The position numbers were made by a program, and so were the translations under genes. This document shows, one piece after another, positions 19,436 through 28,428 of a stretch of 64,000 nucleotides of DNA; position 1 is the stretch's first letter, and each line of letters starts with the position of its first letter. A model generated the notes under the pieces. That model was not told the DNA's origin. It saw only the letters and a list, made by a program, of their open reading frames with translations, and searched no databases. This stretch comes from Candidatus Thorarchaeota archaeon. GTDB lineage: Archaea; Asgardarchaeota; Thorarchaeia; Thorarchaeales; Thorarchaeaceae. The DNA lies in the NCBI GenBank assembly GCA_020348985.1, contig CP070761.1, positions 2,531,445 through 2,595,444 of the forward strand. Direction: 5' to 3'.

Positions 19436-21652
19436 TTATGTTCGTTTGTAGATATAACGACTCCAAGAGCTTGTAGTTGGCATCTGGACCGGCATTCCTT
19501 TTCTCTCACGTATCTCGAAGATTACCTCTTCCTGCATGTTGCCGGGCAGTGGTTCGAATCCTCTGAACTCATAACCAAAGAAACTCCTTCCGGCTGTGGC
19601 ACTCCTGAACTCATCAGCGATTCCTATGGTCTCTGCAGTGGGCAAAGTTCCCTTGATTGCCACGTTCTCTTCTTCACCCTCAATAGTGACTACTTGACCA
19701 CGGTGACCAGTCAAGACCTTGATCACACCACCTTGAGTGTCTGTAGGAGTCTTGATGTCCGTATTCAAAACTGGTTCATAGAGAGAAGGATCCGCGGTTA
19801 GGAAGCTCATATTCAAACCTGAGCTTGTCATCGTGGCAATCTCACTGTAACCAGTATGAGCAGGGTCAGTATGTACTGTAGCATCAGTTATCACTGCTTT
19901 TACACCCATAATAGGTTCACGAGCAAGCGGGCCTCCGTCGCAGAACTCGTGGAATACCGTCGTCACGTAAGGCCGTATCCTATCGAATCGCTGGACACCA
20001 CTCATCTGATCTACGAGCATATTCGACTCGTAGATGTCGAGTATCTTTCTCGCTTCCTTGGCGTCCCATCCTGCTTCATCACGCAGTATTGCTGCGCGCT
20101 CACGATCCGCCTGTGTTGCTGTGATCTTCTTCTTCCGGATGAGCTCAACTGTCTTGTCATCAAGCGGCTCGAGATAAATACGAAGCCTGTTGTGTCCGTT
20201 CGGAGACTTTGTGTGGAACTCTTCACCTCTCTGGGCAATCTTCTCACGGTACACAATGATTGGCTCGGAAACGTGTATCTTGACTTGCTCATGGATGCGC
20301 TTGGTCAGAATCTCAATCTGTAGGGGATCGATTCCGTCAAGCCGATATTCACCAGACTCCTTGTCATGGAAGAATCTTGCAGTTGGATCTGCCATAATCC
20401 ACTTTCTCACGACCTCACCTAGCTTTGCAATGTCTTGCGGATCTACGGGACTAATACTCCTGCTAACAACAGGCTCGCTCACATACTCGATTGCCTCAAA
20501 TCCTTTCATTTCAGAGCCTGGTTTAACGAAGGTCTCTCCTGATGGACACATGAAACCGAATATCGACATCAAGTTGCCAGCTGGAATCTCATCCATTGGC
20601 AGGATGTCTGTAATCTCTTGAACGCCCAATCGCTTCACACGAGCATTCTGCCTCATGTTTACAAGTGTAATCTCATCGCCTGTCTTGAGAGTACCAGAGA
20701 AGACTCGGCCAATTAGAGTTGGTCGCTTGCTCTTCGGGTCAACGAATATCTTGGTAATCATCCCTAGAAGAGGTCCATTCCTGTCACATTCGAGAAGTGC
20801 TTTTCCTTCGGGAGAATCAAGATCGCCTGACCAGATTCGTGGAATCTTGTACTTCTGGGCGTCCTTTGGATTCGGCAAGTGTTCGACAATCATCTCAAGC
20901 AAGGGCTCATCGAGTGGTAGGTTCTCTCGAAGCCACATCTCGTCTCCTTCGTTGTACTTCTCAAATACAACCACTGGCTTGATTTCCTTCTTGGCCAGAG
21001 TCTTCATTGTGAATGCCCAACCAGTCTTGGCTGAACCAATTGCAACACTTCCTTTTTCGAAGCTTACTCGCCAGTCTTGCTCGAACTCCCTCGGAGTGAC
21101 CTTCTTGATAAGCTCGTTCACCTTGGCTATGATGATATCAATTCGCTCGTAGACTTTCGCAGGTGGAAGCTTCAGCTCATTGATGAGGCGGTCAACCTTG
21201 TTGATGAACAAGACTGGCTTAGCCCCTTCCCCACCTACGGCGAGGCGGATGTTGGTCTCAGTCTGCGTCATCACACCTTCAAGAGCGTCCACCAGGATGA
21301 CTACTCCATCGCTGGCACGCAACGCTCGAGAAACTTCACCTGTGAACGACAGGTGACCGGGAGTGTCGGAAAGCTGGACCAAATACTCTTCGTCACCGAC
21401 CTCGAAGTTCAGAAGAACTACTGAGGTGAAGATTGTTATGCCCCGCTCCTGCTCTTCTTCGTCAGAATCAGTCATGAGGGCCTGTCCTGCTGCGGCATCG
21501 CTCATCAGACCTGCACGGCGCATGAGGTAGTCTGTAGTTGTCGTCTTTCCGTGATCGATGTGAGCACTGATTGAGATGATTCTCTTGTGCTCATAATCAT
21601 CACTCATGATTAGTTTCTTTATCGCGTCAGGTTCCTTGACCTTGACCATCAT
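19436..21652 (-). CDS. Elongation factor 2 homolog, probably the Asgard EF-2 paralog
   Basis: AHIDHGKTT, ERGITI, DTPGHLSF, NKVD; diphthamide loop reads DPAHTG rather than HRG; not in an S12-S7 operon. Confidence 0.85.
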   Translation of the reverse strand: MMVKVKEPDAIKKLIMSDDYEHKRIISISAHIDHGKTTTTDYLMRRAGLMSDAAAGQALMTDSDEEEQERGITIFTSVVLLNFEVGDEEYLVQLSDTPGHLSFTGEVSRALRASDGVVILVDALEGVMTQTETNIRLAVGGEGAKPVLFINKVDRLINELKLPPAKVYERIDIIIAKVNELIKKVTPREFEQDWRVSFEKGSVAIGSAKTGWAFTMKTLAKKEIKPVVVFEKYNEGDEMWLRENLPLDEPLLEMIVEHLPNPKDAQKYKIPRIWSGDLDSPEGKALLECDRNGPLLGMITKIFVDPKSKRPTLIGRVFSGTLKTGDEITLVNMRQNARVKRLGVQEITDILPMDEIPAGNLMSIFGFMCPSGETFVKPGSEMKGFEAIEYVSEPVVSRSISPVDPQDIAKLGEVVRKWIMADPTARFFHDKESGEYRLDGIDPLQIEILTKRIHEQVKIHVSEPIIVYREKIAQRGEEFHTKSPNGHNRLRIYLEPLDDKTVELIRKKKITATQADRERAAILRDEAGWDAKEARKILDIYESNMLVDQMSGVQRFDRIRPYVTTVFHEFCDGGPLAREPIMGVKAVITDATVHTDPAHTGYSEIATMTSSGLNMSFLTADPSLYEPVLNTDIKTPTDTQGGVIKVLTGHRGQVVTIEGEEENVAIKGTLPTAETIGIADEFRSATAGRSFFGYEFRGFEPLPGNMQEEVIFEIRERKGMPVQMPTTSSWSRYIYKRT

Positions 21653-21671
21653 TATCAGCTCATTCGTCTAT

Positions 21672-21738
21672 GGCCTCTCCCAACCTGTTCGCTTAACGCA
21701 ATAGAAGGTCGGAGTCACCGATGGCGTCACCGGTGGCC
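21672..21738 (-). promoter_or_regulatory. Structured 5' leader of the EF-2 paralog
   Basis: TTTTAAG at 21767-21761; GGCC/GGCC closing hairpins ACCGGUG/CAUCGGU and CUCCGACCU/AGGUUGGGAG. Confidence 0.4.
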
Positions 21739-21784
21739 TGCGCGCTCACGAAAAGCGAATCTTAAAAGAATTTCGTCAGGGACA

Positions 21785-22381
21785 ATGCATGCCTTGAGTC
21801 CACATCGAATTGTCTTTGAAGAACCAATCGTGAGAACTCACGTAGGTTTAACACGGTTTCCAGATAGATGCCCCATTTGCGGATTGCGCGCAACCAAGAA
21901 AAAGCGAATCGATGCGACACCAAAGGAGCCGCCTTGGGCCAAACCGCCGACAGGACGACGACTGACAACCATTCAGAGGATACGCCTTGGACTCAAGCCA
22001 GTGACTTTCATAGTCCCGTTCTGTGAAGAGCACGTGGACATTGATTCTGGAAGAGGTCGAATGCGGGTTGCGGCGACATACTTTTTCGGCCTGGCAACTT
22101 CCATTCTCATCATAGCAATCATGTTCGTAGGTAGTGATTTGTGGCTTGGGAGGGGCGTTCCGTTTTGGGCATATCCCTTCCTAGGAATATACGCACTCTG
22201 TTTCGCAGCATTCGTTCTGACCTATCGGCCTTCGGAATTGGAGTCATCGGTGAAGGTCATCGGCTTTGACGTAAACCGCGACCATGTATTCCTGCAGTTC
22301 AAAGACAAGACTTACACCGACGAGTTTCTTTTGCTCAATAAGTCAAATGCAGAGCTTGTAAGCTGGATAGTGAGGGTCTAG
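21785..22381 (+). CDS. Membrane protein with Zn-finger (CPIC...CEEH) and two TM helices
   Basis: Cys/His motifs plus two hydrophobic segments. Confidence 0.6.
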   Translation: MHALSPHRIVFEEPIVRTHVGLTRFPDRCPICGLRATKKKRIDATPKEPPWAKPPTGRRLTTIQRIRLGLKPVTFIVPFCEEHVDIDSGRGRMRVAATYFFGLATSILIIAIMFVGSDLWLGRGVPFWAYPFLGIYALCFAAFVLTYRPSELESSVKVIGFDVNRDHVFLQFKDKTYTDEFLLLNKSNAELVSWIVRV

Positions 22382-22399
22382 CCACAACAATGAAAGGAT

Positions 22400-23194
22400 T
22401 CACTTCGTGGCTACGACAACCATTCGCTCCGAGTCTCTTGAATACGGCATCCTTGGCAGCTTGTTCTGACCGTAGAATTCGATCTTCTTGAAACCAACAT
22501 CCTCGAGGAGCTCTTTGATCTCAAGTGCGGTGTACATTCGGATATCATTGTTAGACAGTGCATCTTGATTCATCAGAACGAGTCTAGAATCCTCAATGTC
22601 AATGAACGTAGCTGGACGCCCTTTCAGCATACCAGCCTGAGCATCGAGCATATGAGGCTCACTCAGGAGATAGCCACCTTCTAGCTCGGTCCAAGTCTTG
22701 GCGAAGCGAGGGACGTTGTAGGGATTGATTAGGTCTAGTAGTAGTCTCCCACCATCGACAAGAGCTTCATGTGACTTCTCCAAAACTGCCTTGTTTTCTT
22801 CGTGATCAAAGAAGCCAAAGCTATGACTCAACAAGACTGCAGCGTGGAAGTTTTCCGAGAACGTGAGGTCACGCATGTCTCCCTTGTAGAAAGTGACCTC
22901 AATCTCTTCTTCCTTTGCTCGAGAGATTGCGACGTCCACAAGACTCTGCGCAAGATCGAAACCGGTCACCTTCAGACCATTCTTAGAGAACAGGATGCTG
23001 TGGTCCCCGGCTCCGCACGCAATATCTAGTATGAACTGATTCTGTTTCAGATCAAGAACTTGAATGCAGAAATCGACAACCATCTTGTCATACTCTGCAA
23101 TACCCTGAAGAGACCTCCTATGCCGTACCCTAAAGAGCTCGGCCCAAAACTCGTCCCAACCCAGTTCATTCTTCTCTAGAGGCACGCTCCTCAC
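22400..23194 (-). CDS. Class I SAM-dependent methyltransferase
   Basis: ILDIACGAG, GDMRDL, SFGFF. Confidence 0.85.
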   Translation of the reverse strand: MRSVPLEKNELGWDEFWAELFRVRHRRSLQGIAEYDKMVVDFCIQVLDLKQNQFILDIACGAGDHSILFSKNGLKVTGFDLAQSLVDVAISRAKEEEIEVTFYKGDMRDLTFSENFHAAVLLSHSFGFFDHEENKAVLEKSHEALVDGGRLLLDLINPYNVPRFAKTWTELEGGYLLSEPHMLDAQAGMLKGRPATFIDIEDSRLVLMNQDALSNNDIRMYTALEIKELLEDVGFKKIEFYGQNKLPRMPYSRDSERMVVVATK

Positions 23195-23304
23195 TCAGCG
23201 CCGAAGTGATTCCCAATTGTTATGAAGATTGTCATCAATGGAAATGATATCGAAGCCTACCTGAAAGGAGAATGGGGAGATGACGCCTTTGTTGACATTG
23301 AAGA

Positions 23305-23517
23305 TTAGAAGTTCTCTTCTGGTTCCTCGGAGAGCTCCTTGTCAAAGATGGACTTCCATGGGCGTACTCCATAGCAGACGACAGCAAGCGCATTTATGGT
23401 GCCGGCAAGCAGCCACAGAAAGTTAGCACTCCAGTAGAAGAACATGAAACACAATAATGTGGATATGGTACCACAAAGCAGCTCGTATCGGTACAATCGG
23501 GGCCTTTGTGTCACCAC
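23305..23517 (-). CDS. Small two-TM membrane protein
   Basis: AGAGGGGAG RBS before GTG; two hydrophobic helices; acidic tail. Confidence 0.45.
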   Translation of the reverse strand: MVTQRPRLYRYELLCGTISTLLCFMFFYWSANFLWLLAGTINALAVVCYGVRPWKSIFDKELSEEPEENF

Positions 23518-23586
23518 GAAAAACTCCCCTCTTTATGCAGCCATAGGTTACATTTGTTTCTTTCCAATAACGATAACAAAGAATAA

Positions 23587-23687
23587 GGGGGGAGACGCCC
23601 GCAAAGCTCTGTTGATCTCCGCCGGGAGGGACGTAGACTAAGGCAACAGTCGACTCAATGAGTCAAGGCATGCGGGCCTTGGTCTCC
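23587..23687 (-). ncRNA. Putative ~100-nt independently transcribed structured sRNA
   Basis: TTTATA 23718-23713 ends 25 nt before GGAGAC; ends pair (GGAGAC/GUCUCC, GCCCGCA/UGCGGGC); inner GACUC/GAGUC, CUGUUG/CAACAG, CUCC/GGAG; followed by UUAUUCUUUGUU. Confidence 0.6.
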
Positions 23688-23877
23688 AAACTGTATTACA
23701 ATCTAAACTACCTATAAATGTTCGCGTGTTGAGCAAAACCGCTGTATTTTTCGATAAATCGTCGGGTTGTTCTAATAATGCTAGTGTACAAAAATCGAGC
23801 TCAGAACTATAAGAAAAGTTACATTTTGGGTCCTGTAATGTGCCAGACCACATCGGACCACGATTGGATCTGTGTCT

Positions 23878-24492
23878 TTATTTCTCTGCCATTACCCAGA
23901 ATGGATGCTCATCACGAATCTGGATTACTCGCGACCAAATGATTCGGAATCCGGCATCTTCGATGATCTCAAGGGACGTATCTTGGTCATGGTGACTCCA
24001 GAACATTGGCTCTCTGAAATACTCCCCAATATTTTCCCACTCATTCTGGCTAAGGCTGACCAACAGACGGCCGTTCGGTTTCAGCGTTATATAGAATCTT
24101 CGAAACACTTCAGCATGCAAAGCTTTGGGCACATGAATCACAGCATATGTAGAGATTATACCGTCAAAGGTCTCAGGGTCAAACTGGAGCTTGGTCATAT
24201 CCTGAAGAAGAAATGTTGCAGCGGGGACATGTTTGCGAGCCAACTTCAGCATACTTTCGGAAATATCAATTCCGGTAACTTGGAAGCCAGAGTCGACGAG
24301 GGCACTTGCCACAGGAACACCCGCGCCGCAGCCCGCATCGAGAATGTGTCCACCTGGGGTAACTGAGCTCATGAAGTCTTCAAGAATTCGAGAGATGTCG
24401 AATGTGTCTCGTTCGGCGTGATAGAGATGGGCAATCTTGTCATAACCCTCTCTCACAATTCGGATATGGTCTTCTTCGTCCACAAGTATCAA
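23878..24492 (-). CDS. Class I SAM-dependent methyltransferase
   Basis: ILDAGCGAG, GIDISESML, LKPNG. Confidence 0.85.
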   Translation of the reverse strand: MILVDEEDHIRIVREGYDKIAHLYHAERDTFDISRILEDFMSSVTPGGHILDAGCGAGVPVASALVDSGFQVTGIDISESMLKLARKHVPAATFLLQDMTKLQFDPETFDGIISTYAVIHVPKALHAEVFRRFYITLKPNGRLLVSLSQNEWENIGEYFREPMFWSHHDQDTSLEIIEDAGFRIIWSRVIQIRDEHPFWVMAEK

Positions 24493-24528
24493 CTCAACTC
24501 TGTGGCTTACTTCACTGTGAAAAGGTGG

Positions 24529-24633
24529 TGGTAGCTCCGCCAGGATTCGAACCTAGGTCCGGTGGGCCAGAACCACCGATGCTTGACCAGTGTGCGCCCA
24601 TCGAGTCATCGACAGACTCTACACCACGGAGCT
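24529..24633 (-). tRNA. tRNA-Gln(CUG) with 29-nt D-loop intron (24590-24618) and encoded CCA
   Basis: Acceptor AGCTCCG/CGGAGCT-A-CCA; anticodon arm GGTGG-TT-CTG-GC-CCACC; GGTTCGAATCC T-arm; removing the intron restores D-loop AGTGGTCAA. Confidence 0.9.
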
Positions 24634-24688
24634 TCAAGGCGCCGGTTCGCCAAGTACTTCTAAAACCTTTTCGGTGAATCATCGAGAT

Positions 24689-25537
24689 TCAAATGCCGAC
24701 TTTGAAAATCAGGGCGTCTCTAAGAACTCGCTGAAACATTCTCAGTAGATTCTTCCCCTCAGTCGCAATGGTGTCAAAGACAGGGTATCCCTCCAGACCT
24801 AGCATTTGAAGCATGTAGTCAATCGGCAGGGCATTAGGAAGATCACGTTTGTTCAGAGAAACCACAATGGGCAGCGTTGCCATTCTGTCAGTGCCCAGAG
24901 CAATCCTGAGTTCTTGCATCGATGCGATGTTCTCGTTCATCTGTTCGGGCTGACTGTCAGCCATGAATATCAGGCCGTCGACCTCCCTCAGCACAGAAAT
25001 CCTTTGGCTGGCATGCCTTCTTTGTCCAGCCACGGTGAAAACGTCAAAGACAACCTTGTGACTAGCGGAGATAGGAACGAAGTCGAAGAATGTCGTCCGA
25101 CCTAGCTCATCATGAATCTCAACAATCTTTCCCTTGGATATAGACCTCACGTTGGCAAAGAGCCATCGCAATGCAGTTGTCTTTCCTGATAATGAAGGTC
25201 CGTAGAACACAATCTTGATGTGAATGCGACCCTCTTTGTCCCGCTTTAGGGCCCTGCCTGGTACAATCTCTGCCGCTGTCTGAGGTTCAATGTGAGCGGC
25301 CTTTGCCAAGTCTTGGGTTGCTGCTGCATCAATCTGAAGTTTCTCAGGCTCAGCTACAAGTGTACCAACAGGTGTAGGCTCTCGTCGAGTGGCTACATAA
25401 TCCGGTGGAGTGGTCAGCGGTGTAACAGTGACTTCTTCAGCTGGTGTCGAAAACTCAGGCATGGGGTCTTCTTCCGCTTCCTCCGCCTCTTTCTTGGGCT
25501 TCCTTATGCGACCTGCAAGCCTACGGAATACCGACAA
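24689..25537 (-). CDS. MglA-like small GTPase with low-complexity N-terminal extension
   Basis: KIVFYGPSLSGKTT, RTTFFDF, TVAGQ, NKRD. Confidence 0.85.
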   Translation of the reverse strand: MSVFRRLAGRIRKPKKEAEEAEEDPMPEFSTPAEEVTVTPLTTPPDYVATRREPTPVGTLVAEPEKLQIDAAATQDLAKAAHIEPQTAAEIVPGRALKRDKEGRIHIKIVFYGPSLSGKTTALRWLFANVRSISKGKIVEIHDELGRTTFFDFVPISASHKVVFDVFTVAGQRRHASQRISVLREVDGLIFMADSQPEQMNENIASMQELRIALGTDRMATLPIVVSLNKRDLPNALPIDYMLQMLGLEGYPVFDTIATEGKNLLRMFQRVLRDALIFKVGI

Positions 25538-25605
25538 TTAGCTCTCCAGATTATGTCGGACCGGTTCAATGTCTTAAACTTTCTCTGTATTCTGTGTGAG
25601 GTTTA

Positions 25606-26766
25606 GTGACCTTTATGAGCAGGACCGTTGAGACTCTCGTCATGCCGCACGGTGTTGACCGCGAGTTTGTTGCTGAGATGTTTCCGACCCTATCCAGCAT
25701 GACCTATCTGAACAATGCTTCAACGGGAATACCGCCAAAGCCCACAATTGACGCAATCAAACAGTATTTGGATAATCGAACAAAGGCAATTGGTGACTTG
25801 GATGACACTCTGAATATCCTGAAAGAAGTAAGACAGCTTCTGGCAACAATCCTTGGTGGTGACTATTCAGCCTATGGCCTCGCACCGAGTACTTCACATG
25901 GCCTCAACTCAATAGCTCACAGTATCGACTATCCAGAGGGCTCCAACATCGTACTGTGTGACCTTGAGTTTCCAGCAAGTTACATCCCATGGCAGAACCT
26001 TTGTCGACTCCGCAATCTAGAGCTTCGTGTTGTCATGTCAGAGGCGGGTCAAGCTCCTCTCGACTCTTTCAGGGAAAAGATCGATGATAGAACAAGAGTA
26101 GTCGCAGTGAGTCATGTGCAATTCGGGAGTGGATACAAATCCGATCTTGGGGCACTGGCTAGGGCTGTGCATGATGTCGGGGGATACCTTGCGGCAGACA
26201 TAATCCAGTCAGCAGGCTGGGCTGATTTGGATCTTGTCAAGGACGAGGTCGACTTCGCGGCGGGCCAGTCTGCAAAGTGGCTGATTGGACCCATCAGCGC
26301 GGGATACGTGTATGTAAGGAGAGAGGTGATGGATCAAATAACGCCCAAGTTTCTGGGATGGTGGGGCGTTGAAGATTTGACAGAGTTTGGCTATATCGAG
26401 CGAACTCCGCTCCCTGATGCCAGAATGTTTCAGGTTGGTTCTCCTTCCGTGATGTCATATGTGGGTCTGAAGGAATCGCTGACGGTTATAAACAAAGTAC
26501 CGAGTGAGATACGCGAAAGGGTAGCACTAGCAAATGCAGATCATCTTAGGAAGAGATTGACCGAGATTGATGTCCCATTCTACGATTACGGTGAGAAATC
26601 AAACTCGACGATAGTCTCGTGTGATTTGGAAGACGTCGAGAGTGTTCACAAGAAGCTGGTGGAAGCTGCGATTCATTGTTCGCCTCGCAAAGGTCGACTC
26701 CGTATCTCGCCCCACTGGTACAACACAACCAAAGAGATTGATAGATTCATAGAGCATTTGGGGTGA
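25606..26766 (+). CDS. Class V PLP aminotransferase / cysteine desulfurase-like protein
   Basis: YLNNASTG, DLEFPA, DIIQSAG, SAKWLIGP, LRISPHWYN. Confidence 0.85.
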   Translation: MTFMSRTVETLVMPHGVDREFVAEMFPTLSSMTYLNNASTGIPPKPTIDAIKQYLDNRTKAIGDLDDTLNILKEVRQLLATILGGDYSAYGLAPSTSHGLNSIAHSIDYPEGSNIVLCDLEFPASYIPWQNLCRLRNLELRVVMSEAGQAPLDSFREKIDDRTRVVAVSHVQFGSGYKSDLGALARAVHDVGGYLAADIIQSAGWADLDLVKDEVDFAAGQSAKWLIGPISAGYVYVRREVMDQITPKFLGWWGVEDLTEFGYIERTPLPDARMFQVGSPSVMSYVGLKESLTVINKVPSEIRERVALANADHLRKRLTEIDVPFYDYGEKSNSTIVSCDLEDVESVHKKLVEAAIHCSPRKGRLRISPHWYNTTKEIDRFIEHLG

Positions 26767-27452
26767 TCTCAATCTTCGAAAACATATCTGGACCAGTTCA
26801 TGTTCTTGTAAGCAGAAGCTTCGACTCCAACATTGCCTTTCTCAAATGTGAGAATCACAAAGTTCTGATTGACACCGGAACCGGAATCTACCATAGCAGT
26901 CTTGAAAGAGACCTCAATCAACTAGGAACAGAAATGTCAGACATCACGGACATCGTTCTTACTCATTGTCATATCGACCATATAGGCGGGGTCCTGCCTA
27001 TATTGGATTCTGCGTCCCCTCAGATTCATCTTCATAGGTCTGAAGCAGAGAGGATCAACGCTGGAGACATGTCACAGACTCTGGGAGACACTTTCGGGGT
27101 CGACATGCCCAGGCTTAGAATTGATGGCATCCTTGATGAGGGCGACATTCTTGAGTTTGGAGACATAAGCTTGGATGTCCTTAGCACACCAGGTCATTCA
27201 AGTGGCAGCATTTGCCTTAACATAGAAGACTTGGGTATTCTCATCACCGGGGACACGCTCTTTGCAGGTGGCAGCTTTGGGCGGGTTGATTTTCCAGATG
27301 GTGATGCAAAGAAGCTGGTGGAGTCACTCAAAAGAATCTCTGAAATGAATTTCGCGACAGCCATACCTGGACACATGAATGTGATTCGACACAATACAAA
27401 GGGTTCTGCCAGACAGTCATATGAAATGGCCAAAATGATGTTTAGGGTATGA
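26763..27452 (+). CDS. MBL-fold metallo-hydrolase (glyoxalase II-like)
   Basis: THCHIDHIGG, TPGHS, TGDTLF, PGH. Confidence 0.9.
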   Translation: MISIFENISGPVHVLVSRSFDSNIAFLKCENHKVLIDTGTGIYHSSLERDLNQLGTEMSDITDIVLTHCHIDHIGGVLPILDSASPQIHLHRSEAERINAGDMSQTLGDTFGVDMPRLRIDGILDEGDILEFGDISLDVLSTPGHSSGSICLNIEDLGILITGDTLFAGGSFGRVDFPDGDAKKLVESLKRISEMNFATAIPGHMNVIRHNTKGSARQSYEMAKMMFRV

Positions 27453-28428
27453 GAATTCGTTCGTAGATTTCATCTGCATCCATTGGTCTGGCTTTCTCGT
27501 CGGGAGTCCCAATGTCAATTCGCTTTGCCTCAAGTGCCTTGACAAGAGCGTAGACTGATTCACTATAAGGTGTTGATACATCTAGTTCCTTTGCTAGACG
27601 AATGACCTCTCCGGTAATCGCGTCAATCTCAGTCCTTTTACATGAGCAGATGTCCTGCAGCATCGAATTCGTGTTGTCTGAAGTGGCCTTTGCGGTGCCC
27701 AGTGTATACCTTATTGGATCATCAGTGCTGAGCCGAACATCAAGAGCTTCAGCAACCCTGGCGGCTTCTTCTACCAGACGGACTACGAGCTCTCGAAGGC
27801 GCATGTCACCATGAATTTCCCCGTTCTTCATCCCAGTGAGCGCAGCTATGGGATTCAAGCCACAATTCACAATCGTCTTCGTCCAGACAACTCCTTCTAT
27901 GTTGTCTGAGGGAATGACATCAAACCCTGCTCTGGAAAGTATATCCACAACTTGTTGAACGAGATTCATGTTGCTAGGAATATGGGAGCCAACCTCTGTG
28001 AGCCCCTTTCCTGTTGCCGTTACTTCACCGTCATCGGTCATCAATGCACCTACGCAGGTGGTTGCTCTTAGCACTCGGTCGGATTCGAGCGTGTCGGAAA
28101 CCAGCAGTTCGGTTCCGAGTCCATTCTGAAGACATACCACCGACGCGCCACCTTCAACCAAGTGCGCAATCTCCTGGGCAGCCGCAACCGTGTCATAGGA
28201 CTTCGTTGTAATTAGCACGATATCACAAGACTTGATATCGGATGCGTTTTCCGTCGCTTCGACATGAATCACGTGGTCTCCGAACACGCCTTTTAGTATC
28301 AGACCTCGTTCATTCACGGATTCTATGTGGCGCTTGCGGCCCACCAACGTTACTTCATTCCCGGAGAGCTTGAGTAGGCCTCCATAAAGGCACCCAATTG
28401 CACCCGATCCCATTACAACAATTCTCAT
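27442..28428 (-). CDS. panE: Ketopantoate reductase
   Basis: GSGAIG, TKSYD, LQNGLG, SMLQD...TEIDAITG; lies in the CoA cluster. Confidence 0.9.
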   Translation of the reverse strand: MRIVVMGSGAIGCLYGGLLKLSGNEVTLVGRKRHIESVNERGLILKGVFGDHVIHVEATENASDIKSCDIVLITTKSYDTVAAAQEIAHLVEGGASVVCLQNGLGTELLVSDTLESDRVLRATTCVGALMTDDGEVTATGKGLTEVGSHIPSNMNLVQQVVDILSRAGFDVIPSDNIEGVVWTKTIVNCGLNPIAALTGMKNGEIHGDMRLRELVVRLVEEAARVAEALDVRLSTDDPIRYTLGTAKATSDNTNSMLQDICSCKRTEIDAITGEVIRLAKELDVSTPYSESVYALVKALEAKRIDIGTPDEKARPMDADEIYERILIP

